A stretch of DNA of 64,000 nt, from the NCBI GenBank assembly GCA_963775425.1, contig CAVZJB010000011.1, positions 544,001 through 608,000 of the forward strand. The letters run 5' to 3'. This document shows positions 45,587-55,331 of this stretch, in pieces. The DNA is from an uncultured delta proteobacterium (GTDB lineage: Bacteria; Myxococcota; UBA727; VGSZ01). Both the position numbers and the translations under genes were made by a program. Numbering within the stretch: the stretch's first letter is position 1; every line of letters begins with the position of its first letter. The notes beneath the pieces are model-generated. The model saw only the letters and a list, made by a program, of their open reading frames with translations. It did not search any database and had not been told where the DNA came from.

Positions 45587-48500
45587 TCACAGCTTGAAGA
45601 GCTCCTGGAGCTGGATGCCCGCGCCGGCGATGGCGTTCCAGCCCACGCCCTTGTTCTCGTCGAGCTTGCCCGAGACCACGAACGCGTCGACGAAGAGGAA
45701 CAGCGACGTCTTCTCCGTGAGCGGCAAGAGCAGCTTGTGCGTCCACTGCATGCGCAGGGCGAGGTCGGAGGCGCGGTCGTCGTCGTCGGGCACGAGGAAC
45801 CGCAGGTCGAGCGTGGAGTCGTAGAGGAACCGCCAGAACAGCGGCACCCGCAGCTTGTAGCCGGCGACGACGCCGGCGTCGTGGTGCACGGCGCCGACGC
45901 GGGTGTCGGCGGCGTACTCGGACAAGTCGTGCTGCACGAGCGCCCCGAGGCGCACCTCGCGGATCTGCGGGCCGGGATACGCGACGAGGCCGGCGGACTC
46001 GCGCAGGATGAGCTGATGGGGGAACGCCTTGTGGGGGTCGTTGGGCAGCGGCACCGGCGTGAATTCGGTGTCGAACGCCACCTGCCCGAAGGGGATGACC
46101 TGGAAAGCGTCTCCGGCGACGGACAACTTCACCTTGTTCAAGCGCAGCTCCGAGGACAGCACGATGTCGTCGCGCTGCTCCTGCGGCGGGATGTCCTGCC
46201 CGGGGATGTCGACGACGATGCCGTCGTACTGCGCGAGCGCGCGCCACTCCGACGCGATCCACGTGCCGTCGTAGAGGTAGAAGGCGTTCACGTGCGCGCC
46301 GAGCTGGTAGAGGTCCGGGTTGGCCAGGCGCGTCTCGCGAGAGCTGGCGAACAGCCCGATGTTGTCGCTGTTGCGGAACGCAGAGCCCGTCAGCGACAGC
46401 TCGTCGAAGCCGGCGGTGGTCTTGTCCACGACGACGTCGCTGTGGTCGAGCAGAAGGTCCAACGGATCCTTCTCCGCCTGCAGCTCGCGCAGCACCACGT
46501 CGTGCAGCGGGGGCTTGTCCGCCTCGACCTCCTTCCCGCGGAAGATCCCTTCGAGCTCCGGGATTCGCGCCACGGACTCGCTGAACGCGACGCTGTAGCT
46601 CTCGTCGGGGTTGATGGCGCGGCCGCCGATGCGGCCTTTCTTGGCGTCGAGGCCCGCGGCGAAGAGAAAGTCCTTGGGCTGCACCGTGTCCTTGGCCACG
46701 CGGGCAGCCACCTGCACGAGCTCGGCGCCCGTCAGGTGCGTCTCGAGGACCAGCTCATTGGTGGCGAGCCAGTCCTCGATGACGAGGCGAGGCAGGGCGC
46801 CGAGGACATCGTCACCGCGCTTGAGGTCCTTCGCGAGCGCCACCTCCACGTGGCGATCGCGCAGCATGGCGTTGGTGACGAGGTGCATCCACAGGGCGTC
46901 GGTGACGAACGGTGACCACGACCTCTCCCGCTTCATCCACGTCTGGTGGTCGAGCACGCGGTCGCCCCACACGAGCGGGTGGAGCTCGTCGTGCGCGCGG
47001 ATGAACGGCTCGGGGTCGGGCAGGAGGATCGCGCCGTCGCGCGCCACTTGTTTCTCCTCGAACGCGCGCAGCTTCTTTCGGTACACCGCGTCCACGGGAT
47101 CGCCGTCGAGGAGGGGCACCGTGTCGTCGCTGATCGCGGTCAGCACCCGGCGCGTGTCCGGCGGCGCGTCGTCGGCGGCGGCGAAGGACACCGTGGCGTG
47201 GCTGACGGACCACGCGTTGGCGGCGGACAACAGCGACGTGTCCTGGCCGGGCTGGCGCTCTCGCCCCCCGCGCGCCGGCGAGACGGCGACGTCGCGCTTG
47301 CGCTCGATGAAGTCGCCCCACGGCGTCCCCTCGAAGACGAGGTCGACGTGCGGGAAGGCGCGGAGGTCGAGGGCGGGCTCGTGGTCCGCCGACGACAGCA
47401 CCACGGTGAGATCGGGCCAGCGCCGCAACTGGTCGTGGACGGCCTGCAGGGCGTTGTCGAGGGCGAGGATGGGGGGATCCACGCGCCACTGCGCGCGCAC
47501 GGCGCTCGGCAGGTCGTCGAAGCGGTTGCTGCCGACCACGCCGAGGAGGGCGACCTTCATGCCGTCGACGTCCACGATGCGGAAGCGCGGAAACGGCCGA
47601 TCGCCGTCCTTGTCGCGCAGGTTCACGGCGACGTACCGGAGCGACGCGCTCCTGGCGAAATCGTGCAGGCCCTTCACGCCGAGCTCGAGGTCGGCGGTGC
47701 GCGGCACGACGGCGGCGACGTGCTCGCCGGCGAGCGTCGAGGCGCACAGCGCGGTCTCGCCGGCGTCGATGGGCCGCCGCGGCGGCACGTCGCCGGCGTG
47801 GACGACGAGGGTGCGCGCGGCGGGCAGCGACGACACGAGCGCGTCGAGCCTGGCTTTGACGGCGCCGCCGCCGCCGGCGGGGCGCGCGAACGCGAAGATC
47901 TGCGCGCCCGGGTCGTCCTTGGGCTTCACGGCGCCGAGCACCGCGAAGCGGCGGTCGAACGAGAGCACGCCTGACGTCAGCGGGTCGCCGGCGGGGGGCT
48001 TGCCGCCGGCGAGCCAATCGGCCTCGAGGGCGAGGACGACGTCGTCGCCGCGGGTGTAGCGCACGAGCCTCGCCTTTTTGCGCTCGAGGTCGGCGAAGCC
48101 GCCGGTGCGCGCGGCGTCGTCCTCGATGAGGGCGAGGTAGTCCGTCGTCCCTTCGACGGGCCACTGAAACGCGAGGTCGCGGAGGGTGACGAGCACGTCG
48201 AGCGACTCCGCGAGCACCTCGCGGCGGGTGTCGCCGCCGTGCGCGAGGAAGCGCCCGACGACGCCGACGTCGCCGAGGTGCGAGGCCTCCGGGAAGAGGA
48301 GGCGGTCGTCCTTGTGCAGCGCGCTGGGGTTGAGCGCCCGGATGACGTAGCTGCCGCCGCGCTGCGCCATGGGATCGAAGAGGCCGCCGGCGAGGTTTGC
48401 GTTGGAGGTCCGCGCCCCGAAGCAGCCGGGGCCGACGCGCACGATGTGAAGGACGTCGTCGCCGGCCGCGGCCGAGCTCCGCGGGGCCGGCGCCTCGTGG

Positions 48501-48595
48501 TCGCCGACGGGCGCCGGCGCCTCCGCGGGGGGCGTGCCGTTGTCGGCGGAGGCGGAGGCGGTGGCGAGGGCGAGGGCGAAGAGCGCGGCGATCAT
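45587..48595 (-). CDS. Secreted degenerate 5'-nucleotidase-fold protein with probable C-terminal beta-barrel
   Basis: Signal peptide; HAGD, YVAVN, DGMKVALLG, LTGAEL, IGGRAINPDESYSVA; GNHE and GHxH absent. Confidence 0.65.
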   Translation of the reverse strand: MIAALFALALATASASADNGTPPAEAPAPVGDHEAPAPRSSAAAGDDVLHIVRVGPGCFGARTSNANLAGGLFDPMAQRGGSYVIRALNPSALHKDDRLLFPEASHLGDVGVVGRFLAHGGDTRREVLAESLDVLVTLRDLAFQWPVEGTTDYLALIEDDAARTGGFADLERKKARLVRYTRGDDVVLALEADWLAGGKPPAGDPLTSGVLSFDRRFAVLGAVKPKDDPGAQIFAFARPAGGGGAVKARLDALVSSLPAARTLVVHAGDVPPRRPIDAGETALCASTLAGEHVAAVVPRTADLELGVKGLHDFARSASLRYVAVNLRDKDGDRPFPRFRIVDVDGMKVALLGVVGSNRFDDLPSAVRAQWRVDPPILALDNALQAVHDQLRRWPDLTVVLSSADHEPALDLRAFPHVDLVFEGTPWGDFIERKRDVAVSPARGGRERQPGQDTSLLSAANAWSVSHATVSFAAADDAPPDTRRVLTAISDDTVPLLDGDPVDAVYRKKLRAFEEKQVARDGAILLPDPEPFIRAHDELHPLVWGDRVLDHQTWMKRERSWSPFVTDALWMHLVTNAMLRDRHVEVALAKDLKRGDDVLGALPRLVIEDWLATNELVLETHLTGAELVQVAARVAKDTVQPKDFLFAAGLDAKKGRIGGRAINPDESYSVAFSESVARIPELEGIFRGKEVEADKPPLHDVVLRELQAEKDPLDLLLDHSDVVVDKTTAGFDELSLTGSAFRNSDNIGLFASSRETRLANPDLYQLGAHVNAFYLYDGTWIASEWRALAQYDGIVVDIPGQDIPPQEQRDDIVLSSELRLNKVKLSVAGDAFQVIPFGQVAFDTEFTPVPLPNDPHKAFPHQLILRESAGLVAYPGPQIREVRLGALVQHDLSEYAADTRVGAVHHDAGVVAGYKLRVPLFWRFLYDSTLDLRFLVPDDDDRASDLALRMQWTHKLLLPLTEKTSLFLFVDAFVVSGKLDENKGVGWNAIAGAGIQLQELFKL

Positions 48596-48771
48596 CCCGC
48601 GGACCGTCCCACGCAGCGGGCCGCCGGGGAAGGCGTCGGCGCGAGCTCGCCACGCTCGTCACACGGCGTCACGCTCGTCACACCGGGAGCGCGATGTTCG
48701 GCGGCGGCGGCGGATGTGTTGCGTCGCCCCGGTCACGGCCGGCCTCATCCCCCGCGTGCTATCCGATGGGA

Positions 48772-49794
48772 ATGTCACCTGTGCGCAACGACCGCATCTC
48801 CGCCCAGAACCTCAACAAGACCACGGTCCCCGACGTCGAGCAGCCCGACAAGGCCAAGCAGACGGCGACGCCCGCGCCCGCCGAGGTGCAGGCGCCGAAG
48901 AAGACGGCGACGCTCGAGGAGCAGACGGACGCCCGCAAGATGACCAGCAACGCCGGCGCCGTCGTCCGCGCGCGCATGCCCACCGACGAGCAGCTCGCGG
49001 CGCTCAAGACGCATCACCCGCTCGCGCGCGGCGACGACAGCCCCGAGGTGAACAAGGACGTCGTCGAGCTGCAGACCTTCCTCAAGGACAAGGGGTTGTT
49101 CAAGGGCGAGGCCAACGGCAAGTTCGACGCGGCCACCGACAAGGCGGTGCGCGAGTTCCAGGCGCAAAACGGTCTCAAGGTCGACGGCGTCGTCGGGCAG
49201 CAGACGTGGGGCGCGATGATGGGGCTCAAGCTCGAGCCCGGCTTGAAGCTCCTGCAGCCGTGGGCGCACTCGTTCGCGCACCGCACGGGCCCGGTGACGT
49301 CGTCACCCGACGCGAGCTCGCTGCGGTCCAAGGCGCTCGCCATGCACGGGCAGCCGTTCCTCGACAAGCTCGATCAGGTCGCCGGACGCCTCGGCGTCAG
49401 CCCCGACTCCATGCTCAAGATCATGAACAGCGAGTCCGGGCTGCGCACCGACGCCGTGAACCCCAACGGCGGTGCCACCGGCCTCATCCAGTTCATGCCG
49501 TCGACGGCGCGCGGCCTCGGCACGTCCACCGACGCGCTCAAGCGCATGAGCGCCGTGGAGCAGCTCGACTACGTCGAGAAGTACTACAAGCCCTACGCCG
49601 GGCAGTTGCACAACGCCACCGACCTCTACACCGTCACGTTCTATCCCGCGGCGCTCGGCAAGCCCGGCGACTACGTCATCGGCGGCAAGAACGCCGGCAT
49701 GATCGCCCGCGCCAACCCCGCCTTCGACATCGACGGCGACGGCGCCATCACCGCGCAGAACTTCCGTGACTGGTGCGCGCGCCGCTTCGGGTGA
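48772..49794 (+). CDS. Peptidoglycan-binding domain plus SLT-type lytic transglycosylase
   Basis: FQAQNGLKVDGVVG; SESG..ATGLIQFMPSTA; C-terminal DIDGDGAIT; no signal peptide. Confidence 0.88.
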   Translation: MSPVRNDRISAQNLNKTTVPDVEQPDKAKQTATPAPAEVQAPKKTATLEEQTDARKMTSNAGAVVRARMPTDEQLAALKTHHPLARGDDSPEVNKDVVELQTFLKDKGLFKGEANGKFDAATDKAVREFQAQNGLKVDGVVGQQTWGAMMGLKLEPGLKLLQPWAHSFAHRTGPVTSSPDASSLRSKALAMHGQPFLDKLDQVAGRLGVSPDSMLKIMNSESGLRTDAVNPNGGATGLIQFMPSTARGLGTSTDALKRMSAVEQLDYVEKYYKPYAGQLHNATDLYTVTFYPAALGKPGDYVIGGKNAGMIARANPAFDIDGDGAITAQNFRDWCARRFG

Positions 49795-49927
49795 AAGGCT
49801 CGTAGCAGCACCCGGCGAAGCCGCCCACAAGGTGGCTCGCCGCGCGGAGTACGTGGCGAGGCACGTCGGCGCGCAAAAACCGCTGCAGGTTGAGCGAAGC
49901 AGCGCGCTGTGCCGGACGCGGTGCCGC

Positions 49928-50581
49928 TCAGCGGCGCGGCGCGCAGTCGGCGTCGAGGCGGACGCGGACCTGCGTCCCCTGGATGGTCAGCTCGTAGCCC
50001 GTGTCGTCGTAGTCGACGGCGGCGACGGCGTCGGCGGGGGCGCCGGCCGTACGCGCGAGGTCCCAGAGCTTTGACAGCGGACACCGCGGATCGCCGGCGA
50101 TGTGGCTCGCCGCGCCGGGCGACGGAGAGCCTTCGCTCTTGAGGACGCCGCGCAGGATGACGCCGCCGTGTTGGCTCCCGTTTTGCCAGGTCTCGTGGCC
50201 GCCGGGGCGGCTGACGTCGACGTGGGCGTCGCGGTGCCACTCCCGTGCAATGGAGCCACCGGCGCCGAGCGGCGGTTGATCGGCGGGCGGGCCCTCGGCG
50301 CGCACGAAGCTGTAGTCGACCTTGGGCTCGAAGCGCTCCTCCTTCATGTTCACCGTTCCGTCGAGGCGAACGCCGAACGCCTGGAGCCTTTGCAGCGCGT
50401 AGCCCGCGCCCACCCGGCCGCGCATCGCCGGCGCGCGCGCGACCGGGTCGAAGCGCGTGAGGTCGCCCGGGATGGATTCGCCGCCGCCGCCGCCGAGGGC
50501 GACGACGAGCTTGGCGCACCCGATGGACATCGATACCGACACCGCGGAGAGCAGCAGCAGCGGCGCACGTGCACCACGCAC
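49928..50581 (-). CDS. Hypothetical lipoprotein
   Basis: Hydrophobic leader ending SIGC; GC3 bias. Confidence 0.55.
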   Translation of the reverse strand: MRGARAPLLLLSAVSVSMSIGCAKLVVALGGGGGESIPGDLTRFDPVARAPAMRGRVGAGYALQRLQAFGVRLDGTVNMKEERFEPKVDYSFVRAEGPPADQPPLGAGGSIAREWHRDAHVDVSRPGGHETWQNGSQHGGVILRGVLKSEGSPSPGAASHIAGDPRCPLSKLWDLARTAGAPADAVAAVDYDDTGYELTIQGTQVRVRLDADCAPRR

Positions 50582-50588
50582 GATGGCC

Positions 50589-52067
50589 CTACCGGTCCTT
50601 GAGGGGCTGCGGGGGGTGGCGCAGGTCCACGCCGCTGTCGGCGACGAAGTACACGAGCGCCGCCCACGCCGCGGTCGACTGCTCGAGGTCCTTGCGGTCG
50701 ACCTTGTCGAGCGTGTCGTCGGCGGAGTGGTGGATGTCGAAGTAGCGAGTGGCGTCCTCGTCGACCTCGATGATCGGGACGCCGGCCTCCTGCAGGCCGT
50801 CGACGTCGGAGCCGCCGAAGCGCGCCGGGTCGCGGGCGACGAAGACGCGCAACGGCGCGAGCACGTCCGCGAGCCCCGTGAGCGCCGGGTCCGCGGCGGC
50901 GTTTTCGGGAAGCGCGACGCGATAGACGGGGCCGGCGCCGAGGTCGCTCTCCGAGGCCATCGCGATGTCGGCGACCTCGCTTTGGTGCGCGTCGGCGTAC
51001 GCGCCGCCGCTGCCGCCGGTCTCCTCGGAGCCGAACAACACCACGCGCACCGTGCGCCGCGGGCGCGCGTGGTTGGGCAGCTCGGCGATGAGCTTGGCGG
51101 CGCCGACGGAGATGGCGATGCCCGCGCCGTCGTCGATGGCGCCCTCGCCGGGATCCCAACTGTCGAGGTGGCCGCCGATGACGACGACGCCGGCCTTGCG
51201 ATCGCGCCCCGGGACCTCGCCGACGATGTTCCACGCCTGCGCCTCCGGCAGCACCGTGGGGGCCATCGACAGCTTCACGCGCACGGGGCCGCGCGCGGCG
51301 AGGCGCGCGAGCAGGTCGGCGTCGGCGACGCCGAGGGCGGCGGAGGGGATGTCGGCGGGGGCGGCGCCCCAACCGGTGGCGCCCGTGTGCGGCGCGCGGC
51401 CGTCGCCGGTGGCGATGGAGCGCGTGAAGTACGCCACCGCGCCGCGCTCCTGCGCCACGCGCGGCCCCACGCCGCGCGCCTTCACCGCGGCGCCGTAGCC
51501 CTCGCCGCTCTGCGTGCGCGTCATCGGCTCGTTGACGAGCGCGATCTTGCCCTTGAGCGAGCCCGGCGGCGCGAGCGTGAGCGCCTCGTAGCTGTTGAAG
51601 ACGACAATCTCGGCCTCGATGCCGCCGGCGGGCGTAGCCGGGCTCTTGCCGAGGCCGATCATCCTGAGCGGCATGGCGTACGGCTTGGTCATCGCCGCGC
51701 TCTCCGGCCCGCGGAGCCACGCGTCCTTCTTCGTGAACGCCTCGACGTGGACGTTCTTGAAGCCGAGCCGCTTGAGCTTGTCGACCGCCCAATCCTTCGC
51801 GCGCGCCATCGCGGGGCTGCCGGTGGGGCGCGCGCCGACCTCAGTGGTCAGCGACGCGAGGACGTCCCACGCGACGGAGTCTCCGGCCAGCGCGCGGTCG
51901 CGGACCTTGGCGGCGTTCGCGGCGCTCGGCGACAGGTGCAGCGCCGGCGTCGTCGTCGACGCGGCGGGCGCCGCCGCGGGCTTGGCGGGCTCGTGCGAGA
52001 CCGCGGTGGGCGCTCCGGCGGCGACGGCGGCGACGGCGGCGGCGAGGGGCAGGGCGAGGTGCAGCAT
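50589..52067 (-). CDS. M28 family peptidase (carboxypeptidase Q-like, PA domain), secreted
   Basis: GHLDSWD, GAIDDGAG, SEETG, ESDLG, GSD, YFDIHHS. Confidence 0.9.
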   Translation of the reverse strand: MLHLALPLAAAVAAVAAGAPTAVSHEPAKPAAAPAASTTTPALHLSPSAANAAKVRDRALAGDSVAWDVLASLTTEVGARPTGSPAMARAKDWAVDKLKRLGFKNVHVEAFTKKDAWLRGPESAAMTKPYAMPLRMIGLGKSPATPAGGIEAEIVVFNSYEALTLAPPGSLKGKIALVNEPMTRTQSGEGYGAAVKARGVGPRVAQERGAVAYFTRSIATGDGRAPHTGATGWGAAPADIPSAALGVADADLLARLAARGPVRVKLSMAPTVLPEAQAWNIVGEVPGRDRKAGVVVIGGHLDSWDPGEGAIDDGAGIAISVGAAKLIAELPNHARPRRTVRVVLFGSEETGGSGGAYADAHQSEVADIAMASESDLGAGPVYRVALPENAAADPALTGLADVLAPLRVFVARDPARFGGSDVDGLQEAGVPIIEVDEDATRYFDIHHSADDTLDKVDRKDLEQSTAAWAALVYFVADSGVDLRHPPQPLKDR

Positions 52068-52212
52068 GCGGGGGCCATAGCGCGCTCGCGTGGCCGGCGC
52101 GAGACACGGCGGGCGCGGTCGCCGTCGACGACGGCGGCGCGCCGCGGGCGCACCTCGATCACCCGTTGACGCCGGGGCGGGCCTCACGAAAGACGCGGCC
52201 GGAGGTGCGCCG

Positions 52213-52995
52213 ATGAAGGATCGCTACACGCTGTACTACTGGCCGGGCATCCCGGGGCGCGGGGAATTCGTGCGGCTCGCGTTCGAAGACGCCGGCGCCG
52301 CCTACGACGACGTCGGCCGGCGCTCCGCCAAGGAGGGCGGCGGCGTGCCGGCGCTCATGCGAGCCCTCGAGCCCGCCGGCGCGGCGCTGACGCCGTTCGC
52401 GCTGCCGGTGCTCCACCACGGCGACGTCGTCGTGGCGCAGACCGCCGCCATCCTCATGTACGTGGCGCCGCGCATCGGGGTGGTGCCCGTCGACGAGGCG
52501 AGCCGGCTGCGCGCGCACCAAATCCAGCTCACCATCGCGGACCTCTGCGCCGAGATCCACGACGCGCACCACCCGATCGCGTCGAGCCTGTACTACGAGG
52601 ACCAAAAGCGCGAAGCGGCGCGGCGCACGCCGTTGCTCCTCACGGAGCGCCTGCCGAAGTACTTCCGCTATCTCAGCGGCGCGCTCGAGGGCCGGCCGTG
52701 GCTCCTCGGCGACGCCTGTAGCTACGTCGACCTCTCCGTGTTCCACGTCGTCGCCGGGCTGCGCTTCGCGTTCCCGCGCGCCTTGCCCGAGCTCGAGGCC
52801 GCGCACCCGCGCCTGGCCGCGCTGCACGACGACGTCGCGGCCCGCCCGCGGATCGCGGCGTACCTCGCGTCGCCGCGGCGCGTCGCCTTCAATGAGCACG
52901 GCTTGTTCCGGCACTACCCCGCGCTCGACGCCGGTGCCCGTCCGCCCCGCCCCGCGCCCCGCAAGAAGACGGCCGCCGGGAGGAGGCGGCGTTGA
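52213..52995 (+). CDS. Glutathione S-transferase
   Basis: YYWPGIPGRGEFVRL, PFALPVL, QTAAIL, SYVDL; GGAGG RBS. Confidence 0.9.
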   Translation: MKDRYTLYYWPGIPGRGEFVRLAFEDAGAAYDDVGRRSAKEGGGVPALMRALEPAGAALTPFALPVLHHGDVVVAQTAAILMYVAPRIGVVPVDEASRLRAHQIQLTIADLCAEIHDAHHPIASSLYYEDQKREAARRTPLLLTERLPKYFRYLSGALEGRPWLLGDACSYVDLSVFHVVAGLRFAFPRALPELEAAHPRLAALHDDVAARPRIAAYLASPRRVAFNEHGLFRHYPALDAGARPPRPAPRKKTAAGRRRR

Positions 52996-53030
52996 CTCGC
53001 TAGTCAATCCCGGATTGACACGATAATCAA
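52992..53030. promoter_or_regulatory. Tandem 16-bp palindromic operator overlapping probable -10 (GATAAT)
   Basis: TTGACTCGCTAGTCAA (52992-53007) and TTGACACGATAATCAA (53015-53030) in an AT-rich patch just before ATG 53036. Confidence 0.65.
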
Positions 53031-53035
53031 CCGGG

Positions 53036-55264
53036 ATGCCACGCGTGCTCACCCCCCCCTTCTTCGCGCGCGCCCTCCGAGGGGGCGTCGCGCTCTGCGC
53101 GCTCGCCGTCGCCGCCTGCGAGCCGATCACCGCCACCGCGCTCTTCCCGGCTCCCGGCGACGCGCCCACCTACGGCAAGGGACCGTTCCCCAGCGACATC
53201 TTCCTCGACGACGCCGGCCGCATCGGCCCCATCGAGGACCTCTCCCTCGTCGGGCCGCTCGAGCACGAGGCCTTGCAGGCGCAGCTCTCGCTCCTCGACG
53301 GCTTCGGCACGCGTCCCGTCGTGGAGCTCTTCTTCGACGCGCCCGTCGACGCCGGCACGGTCCCCGCACACACCGCCGCGGACACCGACGCGCTCTTCGT
53401 CATGAACGTCGACCCCGCGTCGCCGGCGGTCGGCCGCGTGACGCCCATGGACTGGCGTGTGCGCGACGGCGCCCGCGCCATCGCCGGCGCCGTGCCGCGC
53501 GGCGTGGTCCTCGAGACCGGCACGCGCTATGCCGCGTTCCTCACCACGCAGGTGCGCGGCGTCGACGGGCGCCTCGGCGGCAGCGCCGGCTTCGATCTCC
53601 TGAGGAGCGCCGCCCCGGAGGCGCTGCCGGACAACCTCAAGAGCACGCGCGCGGCGCTCGACTTCCTCGGCAGGAGCGATGTCGTCGCCGTCGCGGCCTT
53701 CACCACGGCGCACGCGCGGCGCGGGCTCCTGCGCGCGCGCGCCGAGATCCAGGCGCTGCCGGCTCCCACCGTCACTTTCGACGACGCGAGCGTCATCTTC
53801 GCCGGCCCCGAGCGCCTGCGCGCGCTCCTCGGCGTGCCCGTGCGCGACGACGACGGCGAAGCCCGCCTGGGTTGGAGCTGGCCGAGCGGGCTCGCGCACG
53901 ATCACGTCGCCGCCGTCGGCACCGGCACGCTGCACGGCGTGACGTTCCGGCGCGAGGAGAAGGACGGCGACGCGGGCAAGCTCCCCGACAGCGGCACCTG
54001 GGCGGTTGACGACGACGGCGCGCCCGTCGTGGACCGCGCGGCGACCTTCCCCATCACCTTCGCGGTGCCCGTGGGCGCGATGCCGGCGAGCGGTTGGCCG
54101 GTCGCGTTCTTCGGCCACGGCCTCGGCGGGAGCCGCGCGCAGATGCTCGCGTTCATCGACACGCTCGCGCGCGAAGGCTTCGTCACCGTGGCCATCGACG
54201 CCGACGGCCACGGCAGCCGCCACACCGACGTCGACGAGCACAACAACGCCGGCGCCCGCCTCGGCGACGCCTTCCTCGGCGTGCAGGACATGAAGGACGG
54301 CTTCGGCGACGTCGAAGGCACGGGCACGGCGCTCGACGTGTTTCACGGGTTCGTGAACCTCTCCGCCATGCGCGACCAGATGCGCGAGAGCGTCATCGAC
54401 CTCTCGCAGGTGGTGCGGCTCCTCGAGAGCGACCCCGACCTGTCGGCGCTCGTGCCCGGGACGCGCGTGGACGGCTCGCGCATCGCGTACCTGGGCGAGA
54501 GCTTCGGCGGCGTGCTCGGCGCCTTGTTCTGCGCGGAGGAGCCCGACGTGCACATGTTCTACCTCGACGTCCCCGGCGGCGGCGTCCTCGAGTACGCGGG
54601 GCCGAACTCGCCGGTGCTGTCGGCGTTCTACAAGCTGTTCATCCCGTCGGCGTGGGGCGTCGACAGGCCCCTCGACCGCTTCGATTCGCTCATCGGCCTC
54701 GGCGCCGCGATCTTCGACGGCGCGGACCCGCTCACCTACGCGCCCCACGTGCTGCGCGACCGCCCGCGCGTGGGCGAAACGCCCCTCGGCCCGCGCAGCG
54801 TCGTGCTCGGCGAGGTGGTGGGAGACGAAGTCCTCCCGAACAGCGCCACCAACGCGCTCGCCCGCGCGCTCGGCATCCCGCTGCTCGCGCCGGCGTTCGG
54901 CGCGCTGCCGGGCATCCCCGTCGAGGCGGGTCCGCTCGCGGGCAACGTCGACGGACAGACGGCGGCGCTCGTGCAGTTTGCGCCGGCCAACCACGGCGAC
55001 AACTGGAGCAAGGAGGCGGGCGCGCGCAAGTACGCCCCCTTCGGCGAGGACGACCTCGACTTCCAGCTCCTGCCGGCCACCATCCCGGTGGCGAACCCGG
55101 TGCGCGCCATCCACGAGCAGGTCCGCGGCATGCTCGCCGGCGTGCGCGACGAGGAGACCCCGGTGCTCGTGAGCACGGTGCGGCCGCGCCACGACTTCGA
55201 CGACGACGGCGTGAGCGACGAGGACGAGCTGTTGGCGGGCACGGACCCGCTCAGCCCGCAGTAG
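53036..55264 (+). CDS. Lipoprotein alpha/beta-hydrolase (Pla-1/VolA-like lipase with N-terminal Ig-like region)
   Basis: Lipobox VAAC; PFPSD, LDGFG, GHGLGG, GESFG nucleophile elbow, DP. Confidence 0.8.
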   Translation: MPRVLTPPFFARALRGGVALCALAVAACEPITATALFPAPGDAPTYGKGPFPSDIFLDDAGRIGPIEDLSLVGPLEHEALQAQLSLLDGFGTRPVVELFFDAPVDAGTVPAHTAADTDALFVMNVDPASPAVGRVTPMDWRVRDGARAIAGAVPRGVVLETGTRYAAFLTTQVRGVDGRLGGSAGFDLLRSAAPEALPDNLKSTRAALDFLGRSDVVAVAAFTTAHARRGLLRARAEIQALPAPTVTFDDASVIFAGPERLRALLGVPVRDDDGEARLGWSWPSGLAHDHVAAVGTGTLHGVTFRREEKDGDAGKLPDSGTWAVDDDGAPVVDRAATFPITFAVPVGAMPASGWPVAFFGHGLGGSRAQMLAFIDTLAREGFVTVAIDADGHGSRHTDVDEHNNAGARLGDAFLGVQDMKDGFGDVEGTGTALDVFHGFVNLSAMRDQMRESVIDLSQVVRLLESDPDLSALVPGTRVDGSRIAYLGESFGGVLGALFCAEEPDVHMFYLDVPGGGVLEYAGPNSPVLSAFYKLFIPSAWGVDRPLDRFDSLIGLGAAIFDGADPLTYAPHVLRDRPRVGETPLGPRSVVLGEVVGDEVLPNSATNALARALGIPLLAPAFGALPGIPVEAGPLAGNVDGQTAALVQFAPANHGDNWSKEAGARKYAPFGEDDLDFQLLPATIPVANPVRAIHEQVRGMLAGVRDEETPVLVSTVRPRHDFDDDGVSDEDELLAGTDPLSPQ

Positions 55265-55331
55265 GCGCCGGACGATGCCACGGAGCGCGCGAGCCACGAC
55301 GGCGCGGAGGGGGGCGGGGTATCGTGGGCAG

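Noticed and set aside
49795-49927. Coding-like or structured intergenic stretch
   Set aside because: No start/stop context or recognisable RNA motif
52992-53030. FNR/CRP box
   Set aside because: Sites are 16 bp (TTGAC-N6) rather than the 14-bp TTGAT-N4-ATCAA
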